64,000 bases of DNA from an uncultured Candidatus Saccharibacteria bacterium (GTDB taxonomy: Bacteria; Patescibacteriota; Minisyncoccia; Phycocordibacterales; UBA2100). The notes under the pieces were generated by a model, which had not been told where the DNA came from, did no database searches, and saw only the letters and a program-made list of their open reading frames with translations. Position numbers and translations under genes: made by a program. Shown one piece after another: positions 50,395-60,382 of this stretch. Location of the stretch: assembly GCA_964350885.1 (NCBI GenBank), contig CAYGKV010000004.1, forward strand, positions 4,480-68,479, written 5' to 3'. Numbering within the stretch: the stretch's first letter is position 1; the number at the start of each line of letters is the position of its first letter.

Positions 50395-51534
50395 CTAGCG
50401 TATCACCTTGGCGACTGCCGACGCAACACGCTTGTCGAACATGTCGGGGACGATTTTGTCGACTGTCGGTTTTTTCACCAATGCGGCTATCGCATGCGCC
50501 GCTTTAATTTTCATCTCTTGTGTTATTTTCGTAACCCGATGATCAAGCGCGCCGCGAAATATACCGGGGAATGCGAGCGAGTTGTTGATCTGATTCGGAA
50601 AGTCCGACCTTCCAGTACCCACGATCATCGCCCCGCCACGGCGCGCCTCTTCCGGCATTATTTCAGGTGTTGGATTTGCCATCGCGAGCACGATGGCTTT
50701 CTTCGCCATCAATCGGATGTCTCCGGCCTCGACCAGATTCGGGCCGGACACACCGAGAAGTACGTCGGCTCCTTTGAGGGCATCTTGCAAATTGCCTGTA
50801 ACCCCTTTCTGGTTGAACGTCGCCAACTCTTTTTTATGCGCCTCCGGTCGTGAGCGTTCGATAATCCCCTTGCTATCGAGGACCACGATATCTTTCGCAC
50901 CTGCCGCACGGAGAAGTCGCGCGGTCGCGGCACCTGCCGCTCCCGCACCTAAAATAACGACGCGAGCTGAAGAGAGTTTCTTACCGACAACCTTAAATGC
51001 GTTGATAAGTGCCGCCAATACCACCACCGCCGTCCCGTGCTGATCGTCGTGCATCACCGGAATATCGAGAGCTTCTATGATGCGGCGCTCAATCTCAAAA
51101 CACTTCGGTGCCGCGATGTCTTCGAGATTGATGCCGCCAAACGCAGGAGCTACGCGTATGACTGTCTCGACGATTTCGTCCGTATTTTGTGTGTCGAGTA
51201 CAAGCGGTATCGCGTCTACCCCCGCAAACGTCTTGAAGAGCGCGCACTTCCCTTCCATGACCGGGAGTGCACCGAGCGCACCGATGTTGCCCAGGCCAAG
51301 TACCGCCGAACCGTCAGAAATCACCGCGACCATGCGGCCCTTGATGGTGTAATCGCGCGCCTCTTTCGGGTTCTTGGCAACATACATCGAGACTGCCGCG
51401 ACACCGGGAGTATAGACGAGTGAGAGGTCGGCGCGATTGCGCACCGGCGCCGCGGGCACTACTCGAATCTTTCCGCCCAGCTTTTTATGAAGTGTCAGAG
51501 CTTGCTTTGAGACATCCTTTCTCGCTTTTGTCAT
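50395..51534 (-). CDS. NAD(P)-dependent malic enzyme (small, MaeB N-domain type)
   Basis: Malic-enzyme N-terminal and NAD-binding domains (VVILGAGAAGAA Rossmann); start set at ATG 51532-51534 (MTKARK...) to avoid overlap with pyrC. Confidence 0.8.
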   Translation of the reverse strand: MTKARKDVSKQALTLHKKLGGKIRVVPAAPVRNRADLSLVYTPGVAAVSMYVAKNPKEARDYTIKGRMVAVISDGSAVLGLGNIGALGALPVMEGKCALFKTFAGVDAIPLVLDTQNTDEIVETVIRVAPAFGGINLEDIAAPKCFEIERRIIEALDIPVMHDDQHGTAVVVLAALINAFKVVGKKLSSARVVILGAGAAGAATARLLRAAGAKDIVVLDSKGIIERSRPEAHKKELATFNQKGVTGNLQDALKGADVLLGVSGPNLVEAGDIRLMAKKAIVLAMANPTPEIMPEEARRGGAMIVGTGRSDFPNQINNSLAFPGIFRGALDHRVTKITQEMKIKAAHAIAALVKKPTVDKIVPDMFDKRVASAVAKVIR

Positions 51535-51557
51535 TCGTGCCAGTGTATACTTCCTGC

Positions 51558-52628
51558 ATGAGCAACACAATTACCATCAAAAAACCCTTTGACGCGCATG
51601 TGCACCTGCGGCGCGGGGCGATGCTGCGAGCCGTTACGCCCCACACCGCCGAGAAATTCAGCCGCGCGATCATTATGCCCAATACAGAGCCGCCGATAGA
51701 TACCCTTGATGCGACTATCGAGTACAAAAAAGAAATCCTCGCAGCAGTGCCGAAAGGAAACAACTTCGACCCGCTAATGACCTTGTACCTCACGAAGAAT
51801 CTGACGCCAGCAGAAATCGAAAAAGGTGCGGGCAAAATCTACGGAGTGAAGTCGTATCCGTACGGCGCGACGACCAATTCGCAGTGGGGATATCGTACTA
51901 TTCTGGAAGCCTCCGACGTATTGAAAAAGATGGAAGAAGTCGGCGTGCCGCTCTTGCTTCACGGAGAGGTCCACCTCAATGATCACAACGAGGAAGAGGA
52001 TCCGTACGACGGCGAGAAGATGTTTATCGCCAATGTACTACCCCACCTCTTGCAAACGTATCCGAAACTCAAGGTTTCCCTTGAACACATGAGCTCTGCC
52101 GAGGCGATTGACTTCATGGAAAAAAACGGCGAGGCGGGCAAACTTGTCGCAACCGTCACGCCTCACCACCTAGTGTACGATCGCCGGCATGCATTTTCCG
52201 GCGGCTATCGCGCGCTCCTCCACTGCAAACCCCTCGTCAAAACCGCACACGATCGAGAGCGCTTGCGCGAGATGGTGGCCAAGGGTTTCCCCTTTGTCTC
52301 TGCCGGCACCGACAGTGCGCCGCATCCGGAAGCAAAGAAATTTTCTTCCTGCTGCGCCTTCGGAGTATTCAATGCGCCTGTCGCCGTCGAGATGTACACA
52401 CAAGTGTTCGATGAGCTCGGGTGCCTCGACAAACTCGAGGCCTTCCTCTCGACCAACGGACCTCGCTTCTTCGGCATCGAGCCGAGCGAGGAGACGATTA
52501 CGCTCGTAAAAAAAGATTGGCAGGTCACCGAGCCGGTCACAACCGATGAAGGCATCAAAATCTGGCCTGTGGCCAGCGTTCTGCACGGCCTTGGCAACGA
52601 AACAATACACTGGCAAATCAAAGAGTAA
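51558..52628 (+). CDS. pyrC: dihydroorotase, class II (E. coli PyrC-like)
   Basis: Internal start MSNTITIKKPFDAHVHLRRGAMLRAV... aligns residue-by-residue with E. coli PyrC (DDWHLHLRDG, IVMPN, LLVHGE, GTDSAPH); track ORF start 51420 rejected. Confidence 0.85.
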   Translation: MSNTITIKKPFDAHVHLRRGAMLRAVTPHTAEKFSRAIIMPNTEPPIDTLDATIEYKKEILAAVPKGNNFDPLMTLYLTKNLTPAEIEKGAGKIYGVKSYPYGATTNSQWGYRTILEASDVLKKMEEVGVPLLLHGEVHLNDHNEEEDPYDGEKMFIANVLPHLLQTYPKLKVSLEHMSSAEAIDFMEKNGEAGKLVATVTPHHLVYDRRHAFSGGYRALLHCKPLVKTAHDRERLREMVAKGFPFVSAGTDSAPHPEAKKFSSCCAFGVFNAPVAVEMYTQVFDELGCLDKLEAFLSTNGPRFFGIEPSEETITLVKKDWQVTEPVTTDEGIKIWPVASVLHGLGNETIHWQIKE

Positions 52629-52629
52629 C

Positions 52630-54579
52630 CTACGCGAGCGGCTGGTGCTCGATATCTTGCTTCTTTTTTGGAGTGATGCCGTGTGCGATGAGAATGGTCT
52701 CAAACGCTTCTCTCTCGAGCGTCTCTACTTCGACGAGCTGCTGGGCTATGGCGTCCAGCGCGGCACGATGCTTTGTAATCACCGACTCCGCTTTCTTGTA
52801 CGAACCGGAAATTATTTTCTTCACTTCTGAATCCACTGTTGCCGCCGCCTCCTGCGATTGCTCACCGCCGTCGATACCACTACCAAACATCGTCCGGCCC
52901 TGGCTCGCATCAAACGCCATCGGCCCGACTTTGTCGGACATGCCGTAGCGCGTCACCATGTCGCGCGCGAGCGCGGTCAATACCTGCAAGTCATTCGAAG
53001 CGCCTGTCGTGATGTCGCCATATACGGTCTTCTCCGCGATGTATCCACCGAGGGCAACCGATATGTCATCGAGGAATTCTTTGCGCGATTGCATCTTTCG
53101 ATCCTCAAGCGGCAATTTGAGCGTATAGCCCGCCGCACGACCGCGCGAAATGATAGAAATCTTGTGCACCGGATCAGCGTACGGTAATACAGACGCGACG
53201 ATAGCATGGCCTGCCTCATGATACGCAGTGATCTCCTTCTCTTTTTTGTTCAACACATGGCTCTTGCGCTCGGGCCCGAGCATGACCTTCTCAATTGATC
53301 GGATCAAATCAAATTGCGTGATCTCCGTGCGATCCTCACGCGCAGCAAGAATCGCACCTTCGTTCATAAGACTCGAAAGATCGGCCCCAGAAAAACCGGG
53401 CGTGCGCTCCGCAATCACCGAGAGCTTCACATCGGCACCAAGCGGCTTTGAGCGCGCATGTACACGCAGTATTTCTTCGCGATCTTTTCTATCGGGCAAA
53501 TCAATCGTGACGCGCCTGTCGAAGCGGCCGGGACGCAGAAGCGCCGGGTCGAGTACGTCGGGCCTGTTGGAAGCCGCCATCACGATGACCTTCTCATTCG
53601 GCTCAAAGCCGTCCATCTCCACCAATATTTGGTTGAGGGTTTGCTCACGCTCGTCGTTGCCGCCGCCTACTCCCGTGCCGCGCACGCGCCCCACCGCATC
53701 GATCTCGTCGACGAAAATGATCGAGGGGGCAGCTTTTTTCGCAGTTTGGAAAAGATCTCGTACGCGTGAAGCGCCCACGCCAACAAACATCTCCACGAAT
53801 TCAGAGCCTGAAATGGAAAAGAACGGGACTCCCGCCTCGCCGGCGACTGCGCGTGCAAGAAGCGTCTTCCCTGTCCCCGGTGCACCCATGAGAAGCACGC
53901 CCTTCGGAATGCGCGCTCCGATTTGGATAAACTTTTTTGGGTTCTTCAAGAAATCTACGATCTCCAAAAGCTCGCTCTTGGCTTCTTTTGCACCCGCCAC
54001 ATCGGCAAACGTAACTTTCTGCACCTCATCTTCCGGATTCACGAGACGCGCCATCGACTTCCCAAAAGAAAATGCCTGCATGCCACTCCCACGCATTTGA
54101 CGCGATAGGTACCAAATAACTCCTAAGAGGAAAAGTATTGGCAGAAGAATCGGCAGAAGCGTGAGTGCCCAAAAACGCGCACCACCCTCATCTTTGATTT
54201 CTATTTTAACAGCTGCCAATTTTTCAGCCTTCAAACCATAATCGGCGAGCGTCTGCAAAAGCGAGCTCTCGCTCTCTTTGCGAGATTTCTTTTTCGTCTC
54301 ATCCTGATAGATCGCCGTGATCGTATCTCCTGCTACCGAAAGCGAGACGATGGTCCCTGCAGTAATGTCCGACGCAATCTGCGAGAGTGGCACGTCTTCC
54401 ACCTTCTCTCCGATGTACTGCCTCGCATATGAGTACCCTGCGGAAAGCACGATAAATATCGCGAACGCCGCAGCGAGCTGTATCCAAATGGATGGGCCAC
54501 GAGGAGCGACAGGAGCCCCATCTTCATTACGTCTTTTTCCTGGAAATTGTTTCTGGGGATTTACCATACAAAGGTGCAT
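52630..54579 (-). CDS. ftsH: ATP-dependent zinc metalloprotease FtsH
   Basis: Two N-terminal TM helices, AAA+ (GAPGTGKT Walker A, DEIDA, SRH), zinc motif HEAGHAI; 649 aa. Confidence 0.95.
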   Translation of the reverse strand: MHLCMVNPQKQFPGKRRNEDGAPVAPRGPSIWIQLAAAFAIFIVLSAGYSYARQYIGEKVEDVPLSQIASDITAGTIVSLSVAGDTITAIYQDETKKKSRKESESSLLQTLADYGLKAEKLAAVKIEIKDEGGARFWALTLLPILLPILFLLGVIWYLSRQMRGSGMQAFSFGKSMARLVNPEDEVQKVTFADVAGAKEAKSELLEIVDFLKNPKKFIQIGARIPKGVLLMGAPGTGKTLLARAVAGEAGVPFFSISGSEFVEMFVGVGASRVRDLFQTAKKAAPSIIFVDEIDAVGRVRGTGVGGGNDEREQTLNQILVEMDGFEPNEKVIVMAASNRPDVLDPALLRPGRFDRRVTIDLPDRKDREEILRVHARSKPLGADVKLSVIAERTPGFSGADLSSLMNEGAILAAREDRTEITQFDLIRSIEKVMLGPERKSHVLNKKEKEITAYHEAGHAIVASVLPYADPVHKISIISRGRAAGYTLKLPLEDRKMQSRKEFLDDISVALGGYIAEKTVYGDITTGASNDLQVLTALARDMVTRYGMSDKVGPMAFDASQGRTMFGSGIDGGEQSQEAAATVDSEVKKIISGSYKKAESVITKHRAALDAIAQQLVEVETLEREAFETILIAHGITPKKKQDIEHQPLA

Positions 54580-54707
54580 TATACATATTTATCACGCGAT
54601 GAAAAGAAAAAACGCGTCAAAAACTTTCGCGTTTTGACGTTTCAAAGAAATAATTGGTGGGGTTTAGCGGCGTCTTTGGGGCAGGACACCTACTTCACTG
54701 TGGAAAT

Positions 54708-55526
54708 TTATTTGGTGGTCGGCGGCTGAATCGGCGCATGCATGCCTTTATATCCATACCCATACGGACGCAGAATGGTCAGTATCCTACCGTTGTTGAC
54801 GATGTTCACGATTGCAGAATAATTCGTGCATCGAGAATACCCATACTTGTTTTTGTATCCGTAGTGAATTGTCTTGCACTGGTCGCCCGTGGCATAAACG
54901 CCCAAGAGCTGGATCTGTATCTTTCCATCCTTCGCATCAGTCTTCTTGACGCTGCCGGTATAGGCGTAGGAAGGTACGGCAGAAACCTGCAGCCAGCTGG
55001 GTGAGGCTTGCGGGTAGACGGGGACATGGCCGGAGAAGTTATATGCGTAAACATTGGTAACCGGATTGAAATATGTTGGGGTCGCAGACAACGTCAACTT
55101 AATTGATTGACAGTTGCCAGTGCCTGTCCAGCCGTAGCCGTATGTCTTGCCCGAGGGTATGCAGTAGTAATAGGTAATCGTAGGTGATGAAATCGTAAGC
55201 CGCGACGAGGATGGTGCTGTGATGACGACTTGACCGGAAATTTGTTGAATCGTCGCCCAATGCGTAACGTTCTTTGCCACAACTTTGTATTGAGCCAGGA
55301 GTTGATACTTCCCCATCTGGAGAGTGCCTTTCGAACTTTGAGCATCGCGTTTGATAATAAGAGTCGGCTTACCCGAGAACGTCGCTGCTGCCGATGCGAA
55401 GAGCGAGCCCGGTAGACCGGATACCTCCCCGGATGCCGTTGCAAACGCCCCTCCAACTAAGACGAGCGCCCCAATGACGAGAGCGCCCAACCTAAGGTTC
55501 GTCCCGCTTTTCCATTGCTTCTTCAT
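54708..55526 (-). CDS. secreted Tyr/Gly/Thr-rich hypothetical protein
   Basis: Start at ATG 55524-55526 (MKKQWKSG...) then signal peptide; Cys pairs and YGYGYKG repeats; no known domain. Confidence 0.4.
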   Translation of the reverse strand: MKKQWKSGTNLRLGALVIGALVLVGGAFATASGEVSGLPGSLFASAAATFSGKPTLIIKRDAQSSKGTLQMGKYQLLAQYKVVAKNVTHWATIQQISGQVVITAPSSSRLTISSPTITYYYCIPSGKTYGYGWTGTGNCQSIKLTLSATPTYFNPVTNVYAYNFSGHVPVYPQASPSWLQVSAVPSYAYTGSVKKTDAKDGKIQIQLLGVYATGDQCKTIHYGYKNKYGYSRCTNYSAIVNIVNNGRILTILRPYGYGYKGMHAPIQPPTTK

Positions 55527-55618
55527 AAGATATCCGAAGCGTATCAGAGTTGATATCGTATGTAAGGGAGACATGTGGACAACGTAAAGCTGCAAAAGCA
55601 CTGCTACACTGCTAGCTA

Positions 55619-57001
55619 ATGATTGCGTTCCTCGTTTTCGCGCGCAAGCACATCGAAGGAATCACGCTCTCCTCAATCGCCGCAGCGTCCGCGATTCTTC
55701 ACCTTTTACCCTTTCTTTTCTACGGAGCACATCCACTCGGATACGACACTGGTTTTTATCGTCGCTACCTCACCGAACCATTTATATCGTTTCCAAACGC
55801 ACCTGTGCCAGGACTCGGTGATGGTGCGCTTGTGCCGCGTGTGGTTCTCGATACCCTGCGACTATTGCCACTTTCGGCCGATACAATTCTTTACGGAAGC
55901 TATATCACGCTCTTCGCGGCACTCCCCGCACTTCTCTATGTATTCATCAAGCCACGGCTTGGGGTTCGCGGAGCCACGATTGCAGCATTTCTTGTCACAC
56001 TCTCTTCCGTCCAATACGAATTCTTCAAGTATATGTTGTGGAAAAATGCGTTGGCGCTTTGCCTCCTCATGCTCGCTTTCATTGCGCTTGAACGCCGGTG
56101 GACGCTTGCACTTCTTGCTCTCGATATCGGAATCGCTTTAAGCCACAAGACAACCGCGATTATATACATACTTACGCTTGCGGTGCTTTTTATCGTGCGA
56201 TCGAAAGACCGTCCCCGGATCGCTCTTCATGGATTTTTGACCTTCGCGTGCTTTGCTGTAGTAAATACTTCGTTCGCGCATCAAATTCAATTATCCTCAC
56301 CAGTCGCTGTCTTTTTGGACTGGCAAGAGTACATTGTTTTTTCGATTCCTTTTCTTGTCGTGATCATGAGTGCCATACACGGATGGCGTGGATTCAAAAT
56401 ACCGCTTGTATTTGCCTCTTTTGCGTTCATCAGTTTCCTATTCCCGCTCCTTCGCCTGCCGTTCTACGAGCGTATATTCATTTTTAGCGATATCGCCATT
56501 GCAGTATGTGCAGCATACGCGATTGAATATATGTTCAGCCAAATCGATCTCTCAAGGCTGGCTCTTCGCGCTTATCTATACATAGGCACCCTGTGCATCG
56601 CTGGCGGACTTCTCTTGGGGACACTGTGGAATCAAACCGCCACATTGCGCCCGCTTATTTCAGAAGCTGAAATCAATCACATCGTAGCGATTTCAACAAT
56701 CATTCCGAATGACGCTACGATTTTAACTACATCCGATGAAGCCCCGTGGTTTGAGGGATGGACGCAGCAACATGTGGCTGCTCCGGGAATGCTGCGTGAT
56801 GTGCACAACCTTGAGGAGTGGACGGCATTGTGGAATTCGACATCGAGCGAAGCTCAGATTGCTTTTCTTGGTGATCTTCCGCAACCCTTGTATATCAGTA
56901 CATTCAATGGTTTTGAGAACCTGATCGGAGAACCGGCTGATTGCCTTACCCGGATTACACCCTATTTGCTTCATAACACGTGTTCGGTGGAGAAGAAATA
57001 G
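55619..57001 (+). CDS. polytopic integral membrane protein (~11 TM) with C-terminal extracytoplasmic domain
   Basis: Hydropathy pattern only; resembles GT-C/ArnT-like topology but no motif confirmed. Confidence 0.4.
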   Translation: MIAFLVFARKHIEGITLSSIAAASAILHLLPFLFYGAHPLGYDTGFYRRYLTEPFISFPNAPVPGLGDGALVPRVVLDTLRLLPLSADTILYGSYITLFAALPALLYVFIKPRLGVRGATIAAFLVTLSSVQYEFFKYMLWKNALALCLLMLAFIALERRWTLALLALDIGIALSHKTTAIIYILTLAVLFIVRSKDRPRIALHGFLTFACFAVVNTSFAHQIQLSSPVAVFLDWQEYIVFSIPFLVVIMSAIHGWRGFKIPLVFASFAFISFLFPLLRLPFYERIFIFSDIAIAVCAAYAIEYMFSQIDLSRLALRAYLYIGTLCIAGGLLLGTLWNQTATLRPLISEAEINHIVAISTIIPNDATILTTSDEAPWFEGWTQQHVAAPGMLRDVHNLEEWTALWNSTSSEAQIAFLGDLPQPLYISTFNGFENLIGEPADCLTRITPYLLHNTCSVEKK

Positions 57002-57460
57002 TTGTATAGTGTCCGCATGGCTCTGGTAGAAAACAAACGTGTCGGGTTTGATTACACTATCCTCGAAGAGATCGAGGCTGGTCTTGAATTGTTGGGACTC
57101 GAAGTAAAATCTCTTCGAGCGGGCCACGGCTCGCTCAAAGGCGCGCGCGTGGTGGCCCGCGGTGACGAAGCGTACCTCGTAGGAGCAACAATTCCCGCAT
57201 GGCAGATTTTGAACGCGCCGAAGACCTACGATCCTGAACGCACGCGCCGATTACTACTCTCGGGCAAAGAAATAGCCCGTGTAGCCTCGGCGGAGGGTGA
57301 AAAGGGGTTGACAATTGTGCCATTAAAGGTGTATAATAAAGGGCGAAATCTAAAGCTCGCGATCGCGATTGCCCGCGGTAAGAAAAAAGAGGACAAGCGT
57401 CATACGATCCGGGCGCGCGAAGAGAAACGCAGCATTGAGAGAACCTTGAAAACTAAATAG
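57002..57460 (+). CDS. smpB: SsrA-binding protein SmpB
   Basis: 152 aa; conserved SmpB core (ENKRVGFDYTILEE.EAG..L.G.EVKSLR...LLLSGKEI) and basic C-terminal tail; immediately upstream of tmRNA. Confidence 0.9.
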   Translation: MYSVRMALVENKRVGFDYTILEEIEAGLELLGLEVKSLRAGHGSLKGARVVARGDEAYLVGATIPAWQILNAPKTYDPERTRRLLLSGKEIARVASAEGEKGLTIVPLKVYNKGRNLKLAIAIARGKKKEDKRHTIRAREEKRSIERTLKTK

Positions 57461-57539
57461 CGCCAGTCATTCGCGAAGAGCAGAGATTAGTTTTTTGTTG
57501 CCCTAGAACCTAGTCCCTAATACCTGGCCCCTGTTCTTC

Positions 57540-57962
57540 GGGGGTGACTGGCTTCGACAGGAAATTCAATGTGCCTGTGTGCGATGCGGAAGTGAATGTC
57601 CTTCCCTAAAAACATTCAAACCTAAGTGCAAACAAAACTGCACGGGGGATTCTCTCTCCTATTCAGGCGAAGGATCTCGGCCTCGTTTTCGCCGCATAAC
57701 TAAGCACGAGCTTGCTCGTGTAAAGTTGGCCTAAACGACCGTTCACTCAGCTGATATCCGATTCACTGATGCGAACGTCATAACCATCGGATCCGATTCT
57801 TACTTCACTCCGAGCGAGAATCTAAAGAAAGAGAGTTCGGCAAAACGTCATCTTGTGTATTCCCTACTCGTTCTGCCTAAAACAAACAGAATGCTCTACG
57901 CATCGTAGAATCGCTTGTACATCATTTTCTGGACGAGGGTTCGATTCCCTCCACCTCCACCA
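57540..57962 (+). ncRNA. ssrA: tmRNA (ssrA), one-piece
   Basis: 5' GGGGGUGACUGGCUUCGACAGG...; 3' tRNA-like end GGACGAGGGUUCGAUUCCCUCCACCUCCACCA with G3.U70 Ala identity pair and encoded CCA; tag ORF likely ...AKDLGLVFAA* ending GCC GCA UAA (~57670-57703). Confidence 0.85.
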
Positions 57963-58374
57963 AATTATCGGAGTAATACTTCGACTGTCCGAACGCCACT
58001 TGGAGCATGAATTTGCCTTGCGGCGTTGCCTCGAACCAAAATGTCGAAAAGCGCAAAGAAGTGATCGCTCCGGTGTCTACGAGGTAAATGACGCGCCCAC
58101 CGTCTACGCTGTTTCTCGCGAGGCGGTCTGGATGCCACGCTAAGATACCGTTTGCTTCTCCACTCTCAATGCGCGTCATCATCTGGCCAAAAAGTTCACG
58201 GCCGGGCTTCTTTGCACTTTTCGACTCTGTATATTCAGCAAGAATATGCAGATTTTCTCGACGCGCATATTCGCGCAGTTCAAACAACTGCGACTCGATA
58301 CTCATAATCTGATGGTCGTCGTCTTCGGTACTCTTTCGCGCGTAGAGAAAATATTTTGGTTCGAGTTCTTTCAT
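57922..58374 (-). pseudogene. truncated serine recombinase (resolvase/invertase catalytic domain only) running into the tmRNA 3' end
   Basis: MKELEPKYFLYARKSTEDDDHQIMSIESQ... carries the Y-x-R-x-S-T-x-x-Q catalytic Ser motif; after ~150 aa the frame terminates within the ssrA T-arm complement (EVEGIEPSS), with no large-recombinase C-terminal domain. Confidence 0.6.
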
Positions 58375-58681
58375 ATCAACTGGTATTTGAATTATGAGGG
58401 ATTTTACGGCCAAAACAAAATCCGAATTCGCACTCGGCATCGCGGCTCGCGCTGCGCGCGAGCCGCGCATTTTGCGGGATGTTTCTTTGGGTGGAGTAAT
58501 CATATCATTCGCGCGAACCTATTTTGAGCGAAACTGATGTCGCGCGCTCCGCGCGCGTGGTGGCTTTGTACCTGATCGTACGATTCGATTCCGTGGTGAT
58601 TCTCCCAGCCTGCGCCGAGGCTTCGGCGGGCAGGTCGGGCGCGCGAGTACGCGCGCCCTCGAACCCCCGCCCCGCCGCTTT

Positions 58682-58736
58682 CCATTCTTTCTTATTTTTC
58701 GCGGGGGGAATGCAAAATTGAATGGCGGCGGGGCGA
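58682..58736. repeat. ~55-nt repeat element, copy 1 (inverted relative to copy at 63951..64000)
   Basis: RC of 58676-58740 = CCTTTCGCCCCGCCGCCATTCAATTTTGCATTCCCCCCGCGAAAAATAAGAAAG, which aligns (~80%) with 63951-64000 CCTTTGCCGCCCATTCAATTTTAAAAAAATCCCCCCCGCAAAAAATAAGC. Confidence 0.55.
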
Positions 58737-58889
58737 AAGGCGTACAGGGAAATTCTGCCGCTCTCGACCCTGGGCTTTGTCTCGTGCCGAGAAGTGAAAT
58801 ATCAGAGATATCCACTCCATCGGCAGAACATACACGCACCCTTGGTGTACACTGAATTTTAATAGCTTACGCTGTTTATATGGCTCACT

Positions 58890-59330
58890 ATGTATTGGCT
58901 AGAAGCAGGATGGGGTAAGCTTCACAACCCCGCATGGGTGGGCTCGTCTGCTGGGAAAGCAATCAGCGGTTTTGTGCAGGGCGCGCTAGAGAAGACAGCC
59001 GGTCTGCATCCAGACGTGCAGGGGTGGTATGCGACATTTCTAGAAAACACGGTCTTGGCGCATCCCGTTTTGTGGTCACATCTCATAGCATGGGGCGAGT
59101 TTTTGGTCGGCGTTGGTCTCATCGCCGGATGCTTTGTCGGCATTGCGGCATTCTTCGGACTTTTTATGAATCTCAATTTCTTGCTTGCGGGAACAGTGAG
59201 TATGAATCCGATCATGTTTACTCTCTCGATTGGACTCATTCTCGCGTGGCGGATCGCAGGATACTATGGTGCCGACTACTTTGCGCTGCCTCTTCTGCGT
59301 AAATACCTAAGACCGCGGCCGCATACATAG
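58890..59330 (+). CDS. DoxX-family membrane protein
   Basis: 146 aa, 4 TM, DoxX-like (HPVLWSHLIAWGEFLVGVGLIAG...). Confidence 0.7.
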   Translation: MYWLEAGWGKLHNPAWVGSSAGKAISGFVQGALEKTAGLHPDVQGWYATFLENTVLAHPVLWSHLIAWGEFLVGVGLIAGCFVGIAAFFGLFMNLNFLLAGTVSMNPIMFTLSIGLILAWRIAGYYGADYFALPLLRKYLRPRPHT

Positions 59331-59374
59331 CCGCTCGAGACACTGCGCTTGAATTTCCTTGGTATAGTATAGGC

Positions 59375-60379
59375 ATGAAAGTAATCAGGTTCAGTTCATT
59401 CAAAGAGACCGAAGGATTATTCACCGCCGCACTTGCCGGGCATGATGTTGTCTTTACTCCGGAGCCCCTCTCTCTTTCCAGCGCGCATCTGGCGGAAGGA
59501 GCCGAGGTCATTTCGGTATTCGTCGATTGCGACGTCTCGAAAGAGGTCATCGACAAGCTCACAGAAGTGAAGCTCATCGTTGCCGAATCGACGGGCATTG
59601 ATCACATTGATGCGGCGTATGCAGAGCAACGAGGCATTCGAGTTGCGAGCGTTCCGGGGTATGGCGTCTCGGCAGTGGCCGAATTCACCTTCGGCCTCAT
59701 GTTGAACTTGTCCCGAAAGATAAGCCTCGCATCGGAGCAGGTACGCGAGCACGGGGAATTCAATGTGAGAGCGTTTCAAGGATTCGATCTTTCGGGAAAG
59801 ACTCTCGGCGTAGTCGGCACGGGACGCATTGGCATGCACGTTATCGAGATTGCTCGTGGTTTCAATATGAACATCGTTGCATTTGACGTGCATCCGGACA
59901 ATGCTCGCGCGGCAGCGCTCGGTTTTTCATATGTGGGACTTCTCGAGCTCGCAGAGCAAGCCGATGTTGTGACGCTTCACGTCCCCTATATTCCCGAGAC
60001 GCACCACCTTATCAGTGCGGGCGTCTTTGCAAAAATGAAACACGGCGCCATCCTCATCAACACTGCCCGCGGCGAAGTCGTTGACACGATCGCTTTTATC
60101 GAGGCACTTAAGAGCGGAAAGATTGCGGGTGCCGGCCTTGATGTGCTCGAAGGCGAACGCGAGTTGCACAGAGAGGGAGAACTCATCATGCAGATAGCAG
60201 AAAGCCACGACCTGCGGCCACTCATCGGCGACCACATGCTCATGGATATGCCGAATGTCATCGTGACGCCGCACATCGCATTTCATTCGAAAGAGGCAGA
60301 CGCGGATCGCGTGTCCAAGGCCGTGCACGCGATCACGGAATATCTAACAATTGCGAGTGGAGGTACTAAGCCGATGTAG
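59375..60379 (+). CDS. D-isomer-specific 2-hydroxyacid dehydrogenase (glycerate/hydroxypyruvate reductase or D-lactate DH type)
   Basis: NAD Rossmann GVVGTGRIGMHV, catalytic Arg/Glu/His region (NTARGEVVD, PHIAFHS). Confidence 0.85.
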   Translation: MKVIRFSSFKETEGLFTAALAGHDVVFTPEPLSLSSAHLAEGAEVISVFVDCDVSKEVIDKLTEVKLIVAESTGIDHIDAAYAEQRGIRVASVPGYGVSAVAEFTFGLMLNLSRKISLASEQVREHGEFNVRAFQGFDLSGKTLGVVGTGRIGMHVIEIARGFNMNIVAFDVHPDNARAAALGFSYVGLLELAEQADVVTLHVPYIPETHHLISAGVFAKMKHGAILINTARGEVVDTIAFIEALKSGKIAGAGLDVLEGERELHREGELIMQIAESHDLRPLIGDHMLMDMPNVIVTPHIAFHSKEADADRVSKAVHAITEYLTIASGGTKPM

Positions 60380-60382
60380 TCT

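Noticed and set aside
52170-52703. Minus-strand ORFs 52170..52703 and 52205..52621
   Set aside because: Antisense to pyrC, whose alignment to E. coli dihydroorotase is unambiguous.
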